NCBI GenBank assembly: GCA_903906305.1
Contig: CAIVJR010000003.1
Span: 58,875-122,874 of the forward strand
DNA from: an uncultured bacterium
Lineage (GTDB): Bacteria > Patescibacteriota > Dojkabacteria > SC72
Direction: 5' to 3'
DNA length: 64,000 nt
Shown: piece after piece, positions 50,449-60,628 of the stretch
Layout: the number at the start of each line of letters is the position of its first letter
How positions within the stretch are numbered: the first letter of the stretch is position 1
Position numbers and translations under genes: made by a program
The notes under the pieces: generated by a model
Databases searched by the model: none
Seen by the model: the letters and a program-made list of their open reading frames with translations, nothing else
What the model was told of the DNA's origin: nothing

Positions 50449-52266
50449 TTACTCTTTTGACACTCTCATAACTTCTTCAATTGTGGTTATGCCTTCGAGT
50501 GCCTTTAGGTAACCATCTTCTATCATTGTTAGCATTCCTTGCTCTTGAGCAACTTTCTCAATATCTTTGTCTGTTACTGTTTCCATCATCATTCTGCTCA
50601 ATTTGTCAGTAATATCTAATACCTCAAAAATACCAATTCGTCCGGAATATCCAGTTCCTCCACATTTATCACATCCCTTTCCGCGATATAGATATAGGAT
50701 TGGTTGACCATCTGGTCCAACTTCTGGAGCTTTGAAAGCAGAACTTCTTGGGATGAAATTGAATTCGGCTGATGTGTTTGCAGAAGCACCAACTCTAGTA
50801 AGGTATTGGATCACATCAAAACCAGGGACGCTACTCATCTCTTCTTTGATATTTTGTACTACTTCTGGAAGTGCCGGATATGCTTCAACACAATGTTCAC
50901 ATACCTTTCGAGGTAATCTTTGAGCTGCTATGGTTCTAATAGTTGAAGAGAGTAGGTATGGTTCAATTCCCATATCTAACAATCTTGGTATAGCTGCAGC
51001 CGCACTATTTGTGTGGAGAGTTGAAAGTACTAAGTGACCAGTCAAGGATGCTTGAACAGCGAGCTGAGCTGTTTCTTGATCACGGATTTCTCCGACCATT
51101 ACTATGTCTGGGTCTTGTCTTAATACAGATCTAAGTCCAGTTGCGAATGTAAGGCCAGCATCAGGATTAATTTGCACCTGAGTGACACCTGGGACACGGA
51201 TTTCAACTGGATTTTCTAAAGATATGATATTTACTTTTGAGTCGTTAACCTTCATCAAAGAACAAGCCAATGTACGAGTTTTACCACTACCGGTTGGACC
51301 AGTAACAAGTACGATACCATTGGTAACGCCAAGTCCATCTAGAAATATCTTGTATGCATGCCCACGCATACCTGTGGACTCCAGTGTAACATTGGATGTA
51401 TCCGATTCCAAAAGACGCATAACGACCTTTTCTCCATATATGGTTGGCATCGTAGAAACACGAAGATCTATCTTCGCACCATTTACTTTGATTGGGAATC
51501 TACCGTCCTGAGGAATACGTTTTTCATCAATCTTTAAATTTGAGAGAATCTTTATACGAGAAATAACCGCAGGATTTAATGTCGCAGGAAGGGTAAGTCT
51601 TTCAGTCATAACACCATTGATTCTAAATCTGACTCTCGTTTTCTTTTCCATAGGTTCAATATGGATATCTGAGGCTTGAGAGATTGCTGCATACTGAAGG
51701 ATTGCATTCACGATTCTAGCAATAGGGGCGCTTGAAAGATCTGTACTTGTTAAAATATTTGGATCCTCATTAATCTCTGTAACTGGCATTTCCACATCCT
51801 CCAACGCTTCTGTGACCTCTGTACTCATCGTTTCCCCAACTCTTCGATCTAATATATATCCAATACTTTCTGCAGTAGTAATATATACTTGAATTCTTGT
51901 ACCTGCAGGATATTTTCTTTGAAGTGCTTGTGTAGCTTGAATATCAAAAGGATCCTGCATCGCTATCTTTACAGCATCTTGAGCTCTCTCGAACGGGACT
52001 GCTCTATATTTTTGTAAAGCGTCTACACTAACTTCAGATATGATACTTTCTTGAATTTCAACCTCTTTCAAATTGACATATGGTATACCAAAGATTTCTG
52101 CTTTTGCTTGTGCAATTTGATCATCGTTTGCCAATATCATCTCCTTGATTATTGTTTCCTCACTTTTTTGACTACGGCTTCTTTCAACAAGGACCTTTCT
52201 TGCGTTATCGTCATTGATTATTCCCTTACTTTGAAAGTATTTTAAAAGCGAACTTTTAGTTATCAT
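50449..52266 (-). CDS. pilB: Pilus extension ATPase PilB (GspE/PulE family)
   Basis: ASDIHIEP, PQDGR, GPTGSGKT, LRQDPD, tetracysteine CEHC..CDKC and GRIGIFE. Confidence 0.95.
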   Translation of the reverse strand: MITKSSLLKYFQSKGIINDDNARKVLVERSRSQKSEETIIKEMILANDDQIAQAKAEIFGIPYVNLKEVEIQESIISEVSVDALQKYRAVPFERAQDAVKIAMQDPFDIQATQALQRKYPAGTRIQVYITTAESIGYILDRRVGETMSTEVTEALEDVEMPVTEINEDPNILTSTDLSSAPIARIVNAILQYAAISQASDIHIEPMEKKTRVRFRINGVMTERLTLPATLNPAVISRIKILSNLKIDEKRIPQDGRFPIKVNGAKIDLRVSTMPTIYGEKVVMRLLESDTSNVTLESTGMRGHAYKIFLDGLGVTNGIVLVTGPTGSGKTRTLACSLMKVNDSKVNIISLENPVEIRVPGVTQVQINPDAGLTFATGLRSVLRQDPDIVMVGEIRDQETAQLAVQASLTGHLVLSTLHTNSAAAAIPRLLDMGIEPYLLSSTIRTIAAQRLPRKVCEHCVEAYPALPEVVQNIKEEMSSVPGFDVIQYLTRVGASANTSAEFNFIPRSSAFKAPEVGPDGQPILYLYRGKGCDKCGGTGYSGRIGIFEVLDITDKLSRMMMETVTDKDIEKVAQEQGMLTMIEDGYLKALEGITTIEEVMRVSKE

Positions 52267-52367
52267 TGGGCAGCAGTTTGTAATCTAATACTTCATTCAG
52301 TTTATGATAACCGGTATAGAGAGTCAATGATTGATAGTAATTGAATATCATATGGTAGAATAGGCAT

Positions 52368-53045
52368 ATGACATATCTATTCATAAGTAAAAATACACAA
52401 CGGCAAACTAACTATTTAACGAAGTTTGTATCCGAACTCCTTGGCCAAGAGATATCATCAATACAAGAAACCCCCGATATTCATATATTAGATAGGAGAG
52501 AAGAGAATAGTATTGGAATCGAAGAGGTGAAAGAATTCATAAAAGAAATGATCTTCAAGCCCTTTGGAACTTCTAAACAAGTTGCCATAATATATGAGGC
52601 AGAGAAATTAACACCACAAGCTCAAAATTCTTTTTTAAAAACATTAGAAGAGAGCAGTGACGATACAATATATATACTTTGTGTAAATAACGAGAAGAAT
52701 GTTCTACCAACAATATATTCAAGATCAAAGCCAATATATATCAACCAAGGAATTACTGAAACATCAGAAGAGTCAAAACCACCAATTCTCGATCAAGATC
52801 TGGTAGAGCAGTTTGGATACATTGACAGTATTTCAAAAGAGAAAGTAAAATGCCTTGAATTACTAAGCGAAATAGAGGAGTACTTTAGACAAGAACTTGA
52901 AAAGGAAATTAAAAATGATAATATAAATAGCTCTAGGGCTATTTCAGAGCGATTAAAGTATGTACAAGAGACTAGAGATAAGATAAACAGCAATTGTAAT
53001 AAAAAGCTTGTATTAGAGGCTTTGCTGTTATATCTAAACGCTTAA
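52368..53045 (+). CDS. holB: DNA polymerase III delta' subunit-like protein (short)
   Basis: PDI, SIGIEEVKE, AEKLTPQAQNSFLKTLEE and LPTIYSR. Confidence 0.82.
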   Translation: MTYLFISKNTQRQTNYLTKFVSELLGQEISSIQETPDIHILDRREENSIGIEEVKEFIKEMIFKPFGTSKQVAIIYEAEKLTPQAQNSFLKTLEESSDDTIYILCVNNEKNVLPTIYSRSKPIYINQGITETSEESKPPILDQDLVEQFGYIDSISKEKVKCLELLSEIEEYFRQELEKEIKNDNINSSRAISERLKYVQETRDKINSNCNKKLVLEALLLYLNA

Positions 53046-53117
53046 CATTTACTCCTAAAAAAGGTAAAATATAGGGTATTTTGACTGGTAAACTAAATTA
53101 CGAAAACCACATATATA

Positions 53118-55034
53118 ATGACCAAACAAAGTGATTATGGAGCATCTAACATTCAAGTTTTAAAAGGATTAGAAGCTGTTAGAAAACGACCAGCAATGTA
53201 CATCGGCTCTACCGATAAGTTTGGTTTACATCACATATTCACTGAAATTTTAGATAACTCAGTAGATGAAGCATTAGCAGGCTATTGTTCACATATATGG
53301 GTAATATTCAATAAAGATGGATCTCTAACAGTTAGAGATAACGGTAGAGGTATTCCTGTTGAAATGCATCCTGAAACAAAAGTTTCCACTCTAGAAACCG
53401 TTATGACCAATCTCCACGCCGGAGGTAAGTTTGATGGTGGAGCATACAAAGTATCAGGAGGGTTACACGGTGTTGGTATGAAATGTACCAATGCACTATC
53501 TGAGTGGATGATTACAACTGTCAGAAAAGAAGATGGATTGTATCAACAAAGATATGAGAGAGGTATTCCTATGGATCCTGTAAAGAGGATAGGTGATTCT
53601 ACAGAGCCAGGGACTGGTACAGAGCATACATTCAAACCTGACAAACAGATATTTGATACCATAGATTTTGATTTCCATACAATTGTTAAAAGTTGTAGAC
53701 AACATGCATATTTAACTGCAGGGCTAAGAATTACCATAACGGATGCAAGAGAAGCAAAGGCCAGAAATTACGATGTATATTTTGAAGATGGAATTAAATC
53801 ATATGTACAGTTCCTAGTTGTAAACGAAAAGCCAATCAGCACAGAGCCTTTCTACATGAACAAGGAAGAAGAAAATGTTGTAGTAGAAGTAGCTATGCAA
53901 TATACCGATAGCTTAGAGGAAGATGTTCGATGCTATACAAATAACATCATCAATCCAGAAGGTGGTACCCATTTAGCAGGTTTTAGAACTGCTCTTACTA
54001 GCGCATTGAATTCATATGCTCAAAAATCTGATCTCCTAAAAGGGCTTAGCGCAGGTTTAAGTGGAGACGATGTAAGAGAAGGATTAACCGCAGTTATTTC
54101 AGTAAAGGTTCCAGATCCTCAATTTGAAGGTCAGACCAAGATCAAGTTAAATAATCCAGAAGTAAAAAGTATAGTAGGAAAAGTTGTAAGAGATGAACTT
54201 CTAACGTACTTAGACGAACATCCAACAGAAGCAAAATCCATAATTGGAAAGGCTGTACTTTCAAACAAAGCAAAAGCGGCAGCAAAGGCTGCAAGAGATG
54301 CCGTAATACGAAAAGGTGCATTAGAATCTACAAACCTACCAGGTAAACTAGCAGATTGTAGTAGTAAGGATCCAGCAGAGAGTGAGCTATTCATAGTTGA
54401 GGGAAACTCAGCAGGTGGTTCTGCAAAACAGGGTAGGGATAGACATACACAAGCTATTCTTCCTTTAAGAGGTAAGATTTTGAATACACATAAATACAGA
54501 ATTGACAGAGTATTGGGCAATGAAGAATTCAACAACATAACTACTGCTTTAGGAGTAGGGATTGGGGATACATTAGACGTTAAGAAGCTTAGATATCACA
54601 AAATCATCATCATGAGTGATGCAGACGTTGATGGACTCCATATCACTGACTTAGTATTAACATTGCTCTTCAGATTCTTTAGACCCTTAATCGAGCAAGG
54701 TTATGTATATGTTGCACAACCACCTCTACACAAAGTAGAAATAGGAAAAAAGAAATACTACCTTTTAAACGATGCTGAAAAAGATGCGTTTGTTAAAGAA
54801 GCTAAAGAGGAAGGGAAAACAGTGGTAGCAAATAGATTTAAAGGTTTAGGAGAAATGAATCCAGAACAGCTTTGGGAAACTACCATGAATCCTGCATCTA
54901 GAGTTTTGAAGAGGGTACACATTGAAGATGCAGAAGAAGCGGAACAGACCTTTGAGCTATTAATGGGCAATGAGGTTCCTCCTAGAAGAAGGTTTATACA
55001 AACCTATGCAACTAAAGCTAACTTAGATATTTAA
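53118..55034 (+). CDS. gyrB: DNA gyrase subunit B
   Basis: EAVRKRPAMYIG, LHAGGKF, GLHGVG, PQFEGQTK, EGNSA, PLRGK, DADVDG and RFKGLGEM. Confidence 0.97.
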   Translation: MTKQSDYGASNIQVLKGLEAVRKRPAMYIGSTDKFGLHHIFTEILDNSVDEALAGYCSHIWVIFNKDGSLTVRDNGRGIPVEMHPETKVSTLETVMTNLHAGGKFDGGAYKVSGGLHGVGMKCTNALSEWMITTVRKEDGLYQQRYERGIPMDPVKRIGDSTEPGTGTEHTFKPDKQIFDTIDFDFHTIVKSCRQHAYLTAGLRITITDAREAKARNYDVYFEDGIKSYVQFLVVNEKPISTEPFYMNKEEENVVVEVAMQYTDSLEEDVRCYTNNIINPEGGTHLAGFRTALTSALNSYAQKSDLLKGLSAGLSGDDVREGLTAVISVKVPDPQFEGQTKIKLNNPEVKSIVGKVVRDELLTYLDEHPTEAKSIIGKAVLSNKAKAAAKAARDAVIRKGALESTNLPGKLADCSSKDPAESELFIVEGNSAGGSAKQGRDRHTQAILPLRGKILNTHKYRIDRVLGNEEFNNITTALGVGIGDTLDVKKLRYHKIIIMSDADVDGLHITDLVLTLLFRFFRPLIEQGYVYVAQPPLHKVEIGKKKYYLLNDAEKDAFVKEAKEEGKTVVANRFKGLGEMNPEQLWETTMNPASRVLKRVHIEDAEEAEQTFELLMGNEVPPRRRFIQTYATKANLDI

Positions 55035-55038
55035 AGCT

Positions 55039-55587
55039 ATGGCAGACAGTTTTAACGATGACAAAATAAGAAAACCGGGACTTATAAGAAGCATTACAAG
55101 AGGTTTAACACAAACAGATGTTCCTCTTTATAAAGCAGATGAATTTGAGCATAAGAAGAAGAAAGATGATGGTTATGACATCCCTAGTGTGAATAGTACT
55201 ATCTCCATTATTAGCGCATTAAAGAGAGATCCTAATCAGAAGCCATATCAAACATTTGCAGAAAAAAGCCAGGTGATACCAAAGTATACTGTCTGGGTAT
55301 CTATGGGGCAAAAGATTGAGGGCACAGACTATCCAACAATGATTCTTATGGGAGGAATGAGTTTCAACAAGGGTGAGAAGAATGAAAGAATTCTCATCAA
55401 TACAGTTGAAGGCATTCTGAATGGTGAACCCGTTGAAAAAGTTCGAGAAGAGACTATCGATTCATTAGTAGAGTATACGCAAGAATTCAAAGAAGCAAGA
55501 TATGATCAAGAGGGAAGCTTAAAACAAGCCCAAGAAGCACAGAAAAAAGACTCTGCACAAGAGAGCGAACCTAAATCTATTTTTTAA
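55039..55587 (+). CDS. Hypothetical protein between gyrB and gyrA
   Basis: 182-aa ORF 4 nt after gyrB and 9 nt before gyrA, same strand. Confidence 0.75.
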   Translation: MADSFNDDKIRKPGLIRSITRGLTQTDVPLYKADEFEHKKKKDDGYDIPSVNSTISIISALKRDPNQKPYQTFAEKSQVIPKYTVWVSMGQKIEGTDYPTMILMGGMSFNKGEKNERILINTVEGILNGEPVEKVREETIDSLVEYTQEFKEARYDQEGSLKQAQEAQKKDSAQESEPKSIF

Positions 55588-55596
55588 AGAAAAATC

Positions 55597-58404
55597 ATGA
55601 CAGACGAAGAGCAAAAAAAGAAAATATTAGAGATTGCAGAAGAAGAGACTCCAACCACAGAGGAAACTCCTGCTGCAGAAGCTGAAGAAATAGTTCCAGA
55701 ACCAGAGGATGATAATGGGGAGATAAACTTTAGTCTTTCATTCAAACCAGGAGAAATAGCAGAAAGATCCATTGTTGATGAAATGAAAGCCAACTACATC
55801 GACTATTCTATGTCCGTCATTGTCTCTCGTGCATTACCAGAAGTAAAGGATGGACTCAAACCATCACAAAGAAGAATACTTGTGGCTATGAACGATTTAG
55901 CCCTGACACCAAGTGCACACTACAGAAAATGTGCAAAGATCGCAGGAGACACTTCAGGTAACTACCATCCTCACGGAGAAGCAGTAATATATCCTACATT
56001 GGTTAAATTAGCACAAGATTTTTCAACTAGATATCCTCTAATTGATGGGCAAGGAAACTTCGGTTCAATCGACGGCGATATGGCAGCAGCAATGAGATAC
56101 ACAGAAGCCCGAATGGGAAAGATCTCAATGGAGCTAATGAAAGACCTTAGCAAGGGAACCGTAACCTTCATGCCAAACTATGATGGTACAAGATTGGAAC
56201 CAACTGTTTTACCAGCAGCATTTCCAAATGTATTAGCCAACGGTGGAGATGGTATCGCAGTAGGTATGGCAACTAAAATGCCACCTCACAACCTCAAAGA
56301 ACTAATCAATGGATTACAAGCAATGATTAAGCTTGGGAATACATGGGAAGGGAATGCCATTTACAATGAACTGCGAAAAGCAAAAGAAGCAGGAGAGATA
56401 ATTCCAAGAACATTAAACTCAAAACCTGAAGACTATCTTGAAAATTACGTTGATACAAACGATTTGGGCTTTTTAGAAAAAATTAAGACCCTAAGAGAAA
56501 AAATAGCTACAGACAATAATGTATTGTATCCTGATTTTAAATCTGAGATTTCTCCATTGGATTTAATCGAAATAATTCCTGCTCCAGATTTCCCAACAGG
56601 AGCAACCATCTATGATCAAAAAGAAATATTAAATGCATACGCAACAGGTAGAGGAAGAGTATTACAAAGAGCAAAAGCATCAATAGTAGAGGGACATCAA
56701 GGAAGATTCAACATTATCGTTACCGAAATACCATTCCAAGTAAACAAGGCACACATGATTGAAAGAATGGCAGATCTTGTAAAAGAAAAGAAATTGGAAG
56801 GTATTGCAGATATCCGAGATGAATCTAGTAGAGAAGGACTGAGAGTCGTAATCGTCTTAAAACGGGAAGCACAACCAAAGGCAGTATTAAACAAGCTCTA
56901 CAAATATACTGAAATGCAAAAAGTATTCAATATGAATATGATTGCATTAGTAGAACAACAGCCAAAAACATTACCATTAAAGAGAATCTTAGAACTATTC
57001 TTGTCCTTTAGAATGACCGTTACCATTCGTAGATATGAATTTGATTTAGCAGAAGCAAGATTCAGAGCACACATCTTAGAGGGCTTACTAAAAGCCTTGG
57101 ATATGCTTGATGAGGTAATTGCTACAATTAGAGGGTCAAAGACTCAAGAAACAGCGAAAACAAATTTAATGGACAAGTTCAAATTCACAGAAGTACAAGC
57201 ACAAGCAATCTTGGATATGCAATTAAGAAGATTAGCCGCACTAGAAAAGATGAAACTAGAGAATGAGTACAAGGAATTACAAGAAAATATTAAGACATAC
57301 AATGACATTTTGGAAAATCCGGCTAGAATACTCGAAATTGTAAACTCCGATTTAGAAGAGGTAAAAGAGAAGTACGGGGACGAAAGAAGATCCAAGGTAA
57401 TTAAGGGTAAGATTGATGAAATCTCAGAAGAAGATATGGTTGCGTCAGAAGATATGTTAGTAACCATAACCCATTCTGGATATATCAAGAGGTTGACACC
57501 TGATACATACAAAGCACAAAAGCGAGGTGGGAAGGGTGTCTCTGGTGGAGACACTAAGGAAGGCGATTTCATTGAACATGCATTCCTATGTAATACCCAT
57601 GATGAGCTTCTACTCTTCACCAATAGAGGAAAAGTCTTCAACCTTAGAATCTTCGAAATTCCAGAATATGGTAGAACTGCAAAGGGATTACCTTTGGTAA
57701 ATCTTGTACAGTTAGAACCAGAAGAAATAATTACATCCGTCTTAACAAGAGATCCAAAGGGAGCAATTAAAGAACAACAAACAAGTGGCGAGGCAGTTGC
57801 TTACGAATTCTTCTTAATGGTAACAGAGAAGGGCATAATCAAAAAAACTGAGCTATCTGAATTTGCAAAGATTAGATCTAATGGACTAACAGCCATAAAG
57901 CTTGAGATTGGTGACTCATTAGCATGGGTCAAACCAACCACAGGTAAAGATGAAGTCTTGATTGTAACTGCAGAAGGGAAGTCTGTAAGATTTAAAGAAT
58001 CTGATGTAAGACCAATGGGTAGAAATACAAGAGGTGTTACAGCTATTAAGTTTAAATCTACTACAGATTGTGTAGCGGGTATGGGTATAGTTAAAAACGA
58101 CGATATGATGGTATTGACTCTCTCTGAAAATGGCTTTGGTAAAATGTCTGTACTTAAGGAATATCCAACTCAAAAAAGAGGTGGTACTGGAGTATTTACA
58201 TTTAGAGTAACTCCTAAGACTGGAAAGATCTCTACAGCGAGAATCATAGAGCCAGAACAAGAAGAGATTGTCGTCATATCCGAGAAGTCTAAGGTCATAC
58301 GTTCAGAACTCAAAACAGTTCCAAAACTTGGAAGACAAACCTCAGGTGTAAAGATTATGAATATTGGTGGAGATGATAGGGTAGCGACAGTGGCTTTACT
58401 TTAA
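55597..58404 (+). CDS. gyrA: DNA gyrase subunit A with an internal insertion of about 68 aa
   Basis: SRALPEVKDGLKP, YHPHG, AAMRYTE, GyrA box QKRGGKG and beta-pinwheel CTD repeats. Confidence 0.97.
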   Translation: MTDEEQKKKILEIAEEETPTTEETPAAEAEEIVPEPEDDNGEINFSLSFKPGEIAERSIVDEMKANYIDYSMSVIVSRALPEVKDGLKPSQRRILVAMNDLALTPSAHYRKCAKIAGDTSGNYHPHGEAVIYPTLVKLAQDFSTRYPLIDGQGNFGSIDGDMAAAMRYTEARMGKISMELMKDLSKGTVTFMPNYDGTRLEPTVLPAAFPNVLANGGDGIAVGMATKMPPHNLKELINGLQAMIKLGNTWEGNAIYNELRKAKEAGEIIPRTLNSKPEDYLENYVDTNDLGFLEKIKTLREKIATDNNVLYPDFKSEISPLDLIEIIPAPDFPTGATIYDQKEILNAYATGRGRVLQRAKASIVEGHQGRFNIIVTEIPFQVNKAHMIERMADLVKEKKLEGIADIRDESSREGLRVVIVLKREAQPKAVLNKLYKYTEMQKVFNMNMIALVEQQPKTLPLKRILELFLSFRMTVTIRRYEFDLAEARFRAHILEGLLKALDMLDEVIATIRGSKTQETAKTNLMDKFKFTEVQAQAILDMQLRRLAALEKMKLENEYKELQENIKTYNDILENPARILEIVNSDLEEVKEKYGDERRSKVIKGKIDEISEEDMVASEDMLVTITHSGYIKRLTPDTYKAQKRGGKGVSGGDTKEGDFIEHAFLCNTHDELLLFTNRGKVFNLRIFEIPEYGRTAKGLPLVNLVQLEPEEIITSVLTRDPKGAIKEQQTSGEAVAYEFFLMVTEKGIIKKTELSEFAKIRSNGLTAIKLEIGDSLAWVKPTTGKDEVLIVTAEGKSVRFKESDVRPMGRNTRGVTAIKFKSTTDCVAGMGIVKNDDMMVLTLSENGFGKMSVLKEYPTQKRGGTGVFTFRVTPKTGKISTARIIEPEQEEIVVISEKSKVIRSELKTVPKLGRQTSGVKIMNIGGDDRVATVALL

Positions 58405-58414
58405 GAGTCGAAAG

Positions 58415-58789
58415 CTATTTATATCGATCCTTGCCTTTATCTAAAAGCATATTAAATGTATTGGTTTTATCTTCTTGAACCTTTATCTTTGCAGAGAGAA
58501 GACTTAGCTTAGACCAAATATTCTCAATTGAAAGGCTCATTCTTTCTACATTACCTTCTACAGATATAAGTCTAAGATTTATGTCTTTTAGCAAGGTAGT
58601 GTGAAGCGCAACTACTTCAACAATGTTATCAAGCCTTCTTTCTATCTCTGCAAACTTTTTATCATGATTCTTTAAGATTCCCTCTACGATATGCAGCCTC
58701 TGCTCAACAGCATCCAGCCTTAGTTCTATATGATCAAACTTCGGCTGTAATAATTCTTCAATTTTCTTTAAATCCTCTTTTGTAAGCAT
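58415..58789 (-). CDS. Small coiled-coil protein
   Basis: MLTKEDLKKI start followed by heptads (RLDAVEQ RLHIVEG, RLDNIVE, RLISVEG). Confidence 0.75.
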   Translation of the reverse strand: MLTKEDLKKIEELLQPKFDHIELRLDAVEQRLHIVEGILKNHDKKFAEIERRLDNIVEVVALHTTLLKDINLRLISVEGNVERMSLSIENIWSKLSLLSAKIKVQEDKTNTFNMLLDKGKDRYK

Positions 58790-58814
58790 ATATATATATT
58801 GTAAATGTTAAATC

Positions 58815-59018
58815 TTACAAAATCCTTACAATTTTAAAATCTTTTACAGCACCATTTTCAACAGAGGCAATCGTCTCCTTGTAGAGTTGATCATATGTTA
58901 ACCCTATTGGATACTTGATTTTGTTCTTCTCCAATTGCTTAATCAGATGCTCCAACTTAACATTCATCTTTTCCATGTTAAGAGCCATTTTGTTAATATC
59001 CATGATGTTGATATTCAT
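58815..59018 (-). CDS. Hypothetical small protein
   Basis: 67-aa ATG ORF filling the gap, same strand as the next gene. Confidence 0.5.
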   Translation of the reverse strand: MNINIMDINKMALNMEKMNVKLEHLIKQLEKNKIKYPIGLTYDQLYKETIASVENGAVKDFKIVRIL

Positions 59019-59131
59019 AATATTTCTCCTAACAATTTATATATATCCTAAGTATATCCCTTTGAAAATATATTTCATGACCTAAAATATGATATACACA
59101 TCTTGTAATATTTTTAGGATATAATGGTGGA

Positions 59132-59926
59132 ATGAAAACTACATTTTTAGCAGTTATTGCTTTCCTATCTACATCTTTGAGGCTTACACCTGATTCAGCG
59201 ATAGCCATAGCACAGAAGAATGAGGATAAAAGGAATCTTCCCATTAACCAACAGATTGTTGAATATACACAAAGTACAGAGATTAAACCTTCTGTAATAT
59301 CTACTTCTAATACAGCTAAGTGGTGGAGATATACCAAGGAGATTAAACCTGCAACTAGATCTGGTGATGACCAATTAGTACTTGTAAACAAGGAATATCA
59401 GCTACCACAGTCATATGCTCCAAGTGATTTGGTACTTGCGAGTAATGCGGGGATCAGGAAGGGGAGTGGTTACTATCTAAGAAATATACTAATCAATGAT
59501 CTAAGGAATTTGGTTAATGCCGCAGTCGCGGATTCCATAGACCTAAGTATTGTATCTGGCTATCGTTCATACAACACTCAAGTGGCTACATACAATCATT
59601 GGGTCAGTATAAACGGAGTAGATGGGGCAGATAAAATATCTGCTAGACCAGGGCATAGCCAACATCAGTTGGGGACCGCAGTAGACTTTAGTAGTAGTGA
59701 GGTTGCCGATGGATTAGGTGGAAGCTTTTACACAACAAGAGCCGCAGCATGGTTATATGCTAATTCTTGGAAATATGGTTTTGTAATTAGCTATCCTAGC
59801 GGATATGAGAGTACAACAGGATATAGCTATGAGAGTTGGCATTACAGATATATTGGGGTAGCTAATGCACAAGAGATGCATGGTAGTGGTATGATTTTAG
59901 AGGTATATTTAGACAGTAAGAATTAA
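59132..59926 (+). CDS. M15B (VanY/LdcB-like) zinc carboxypeptidase, exported
   Basis: LVNK, SGYRSY..Q, SARPGHSQHQLGTAVD (SxHxxGxAxD) and YESWHYRY (ExxH). Confidence 0.92.
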   Translation: MKTTFLAVIAFLSTSLRLTPDSAIAIAQKNEDKRNLPINQQIVEYTQSTEIKPSVISTSNTAKWWRYTKEIKPATRSGDDQLVLVNKEYQLPQSYAPSDLVLASNAGIRKGSGYYLRNILINDLRNLVNAAVADSIDLSIVSGYRSYNTQVATYNHWVSINGVDGADKISARPGHSQHQLGTAVDFSSSEVADGLGGSFYTTRAAAWLYANSWKYGFVISYPSGYESTTGYSYESWHYRYIGVANAQEMHGSGMILEVYLDSKN

Positions 59927-59948
59927 GTAAGTTATTTATAATGAAAAT

Positions 59949-60590
59949 ATGGGAAAGAGAGAGTTTTTTAAAAGATTTTCAGATTACTATGCGACGTTAG
60001 GGATTTTTGCTCTATTAATTGCAATCATTCTAATATTAATCCCTGCTGCGCCATATGTTGTTTACAAGTTACTACCATCTGAAACAAAGAACGAGGCTAC
60101 AAAAATAGCTACCCCCTTGATGGAAGATGGCTCAATAAATGTAGAAGAAAACACTAAAGTTTGGCCAGCTCAAGATCTTTCATTACCAAAGACCCTTTTT
60201 GTTACAATGGATAAGATTGAAGTATTTTCACCAATATCGACAGATTCAGACTACATAACTGCATTAAAAAATGGAGCTTGGTTAGTACCGGAGTATGGAA
60301 CACCCATGAATGAAAAGAAACCTATTATAATTGCAGCACATCGTTTTGGTTATTTATATTGGGATGATGCTACAAGAAAACAAATTTCTTTTTATAATCT
60401 TCCTAAGATGAAGGTCGGGGATACCATTGATATCATTTGGGATCAAAGAGTATTTAAATATGAAATATTTAAAGAAGAAGAAAAAACATATATTACTGAT
60501 TACTCCGCAGACCTTATCCTATATACTTGTAAATATTTTGAGTCTCCAATAAGAATATTTAGGTATGCTAGATTAATTAATACTTTGTAG
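59949..60590 (+). CDS. Sortase (divergent)
   Basis: N-terminal TM; IIAAHRFG (His), FYNLPKMKVGD, LILYTC (Cys) and PIRIF (Arg). Confidence 0.85.
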   Translation: MGKREFFKRFSDYYATLGIFALLIAIILILIPAAPYVVYKLLPSETKNEATKIATPLMEDGSINVEENTKVWPAQDLSLPKTLFVTMDKIEVFSPISTDSDYITALKNGAWLVPEYGTPMNEKKPIIIAAHRFGYLYWDDATRKQISFYNLPKMKVGDTIDIIWDQRVFKYEIFKEEEKTYITDYSADLILYTCKYFESPIRIFRYARLINTL

Positions 60591-60628
60591 TCTCACCATA
60601 TCCCTCCCGCGTACGTAGTCCTATAGTA

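Noticed and set aside
56335-56540. Intein in GyrA
   Set aside because: No C/S start or HN-C/S/T end, and it is not at the catalytic-Tyr insertion site.
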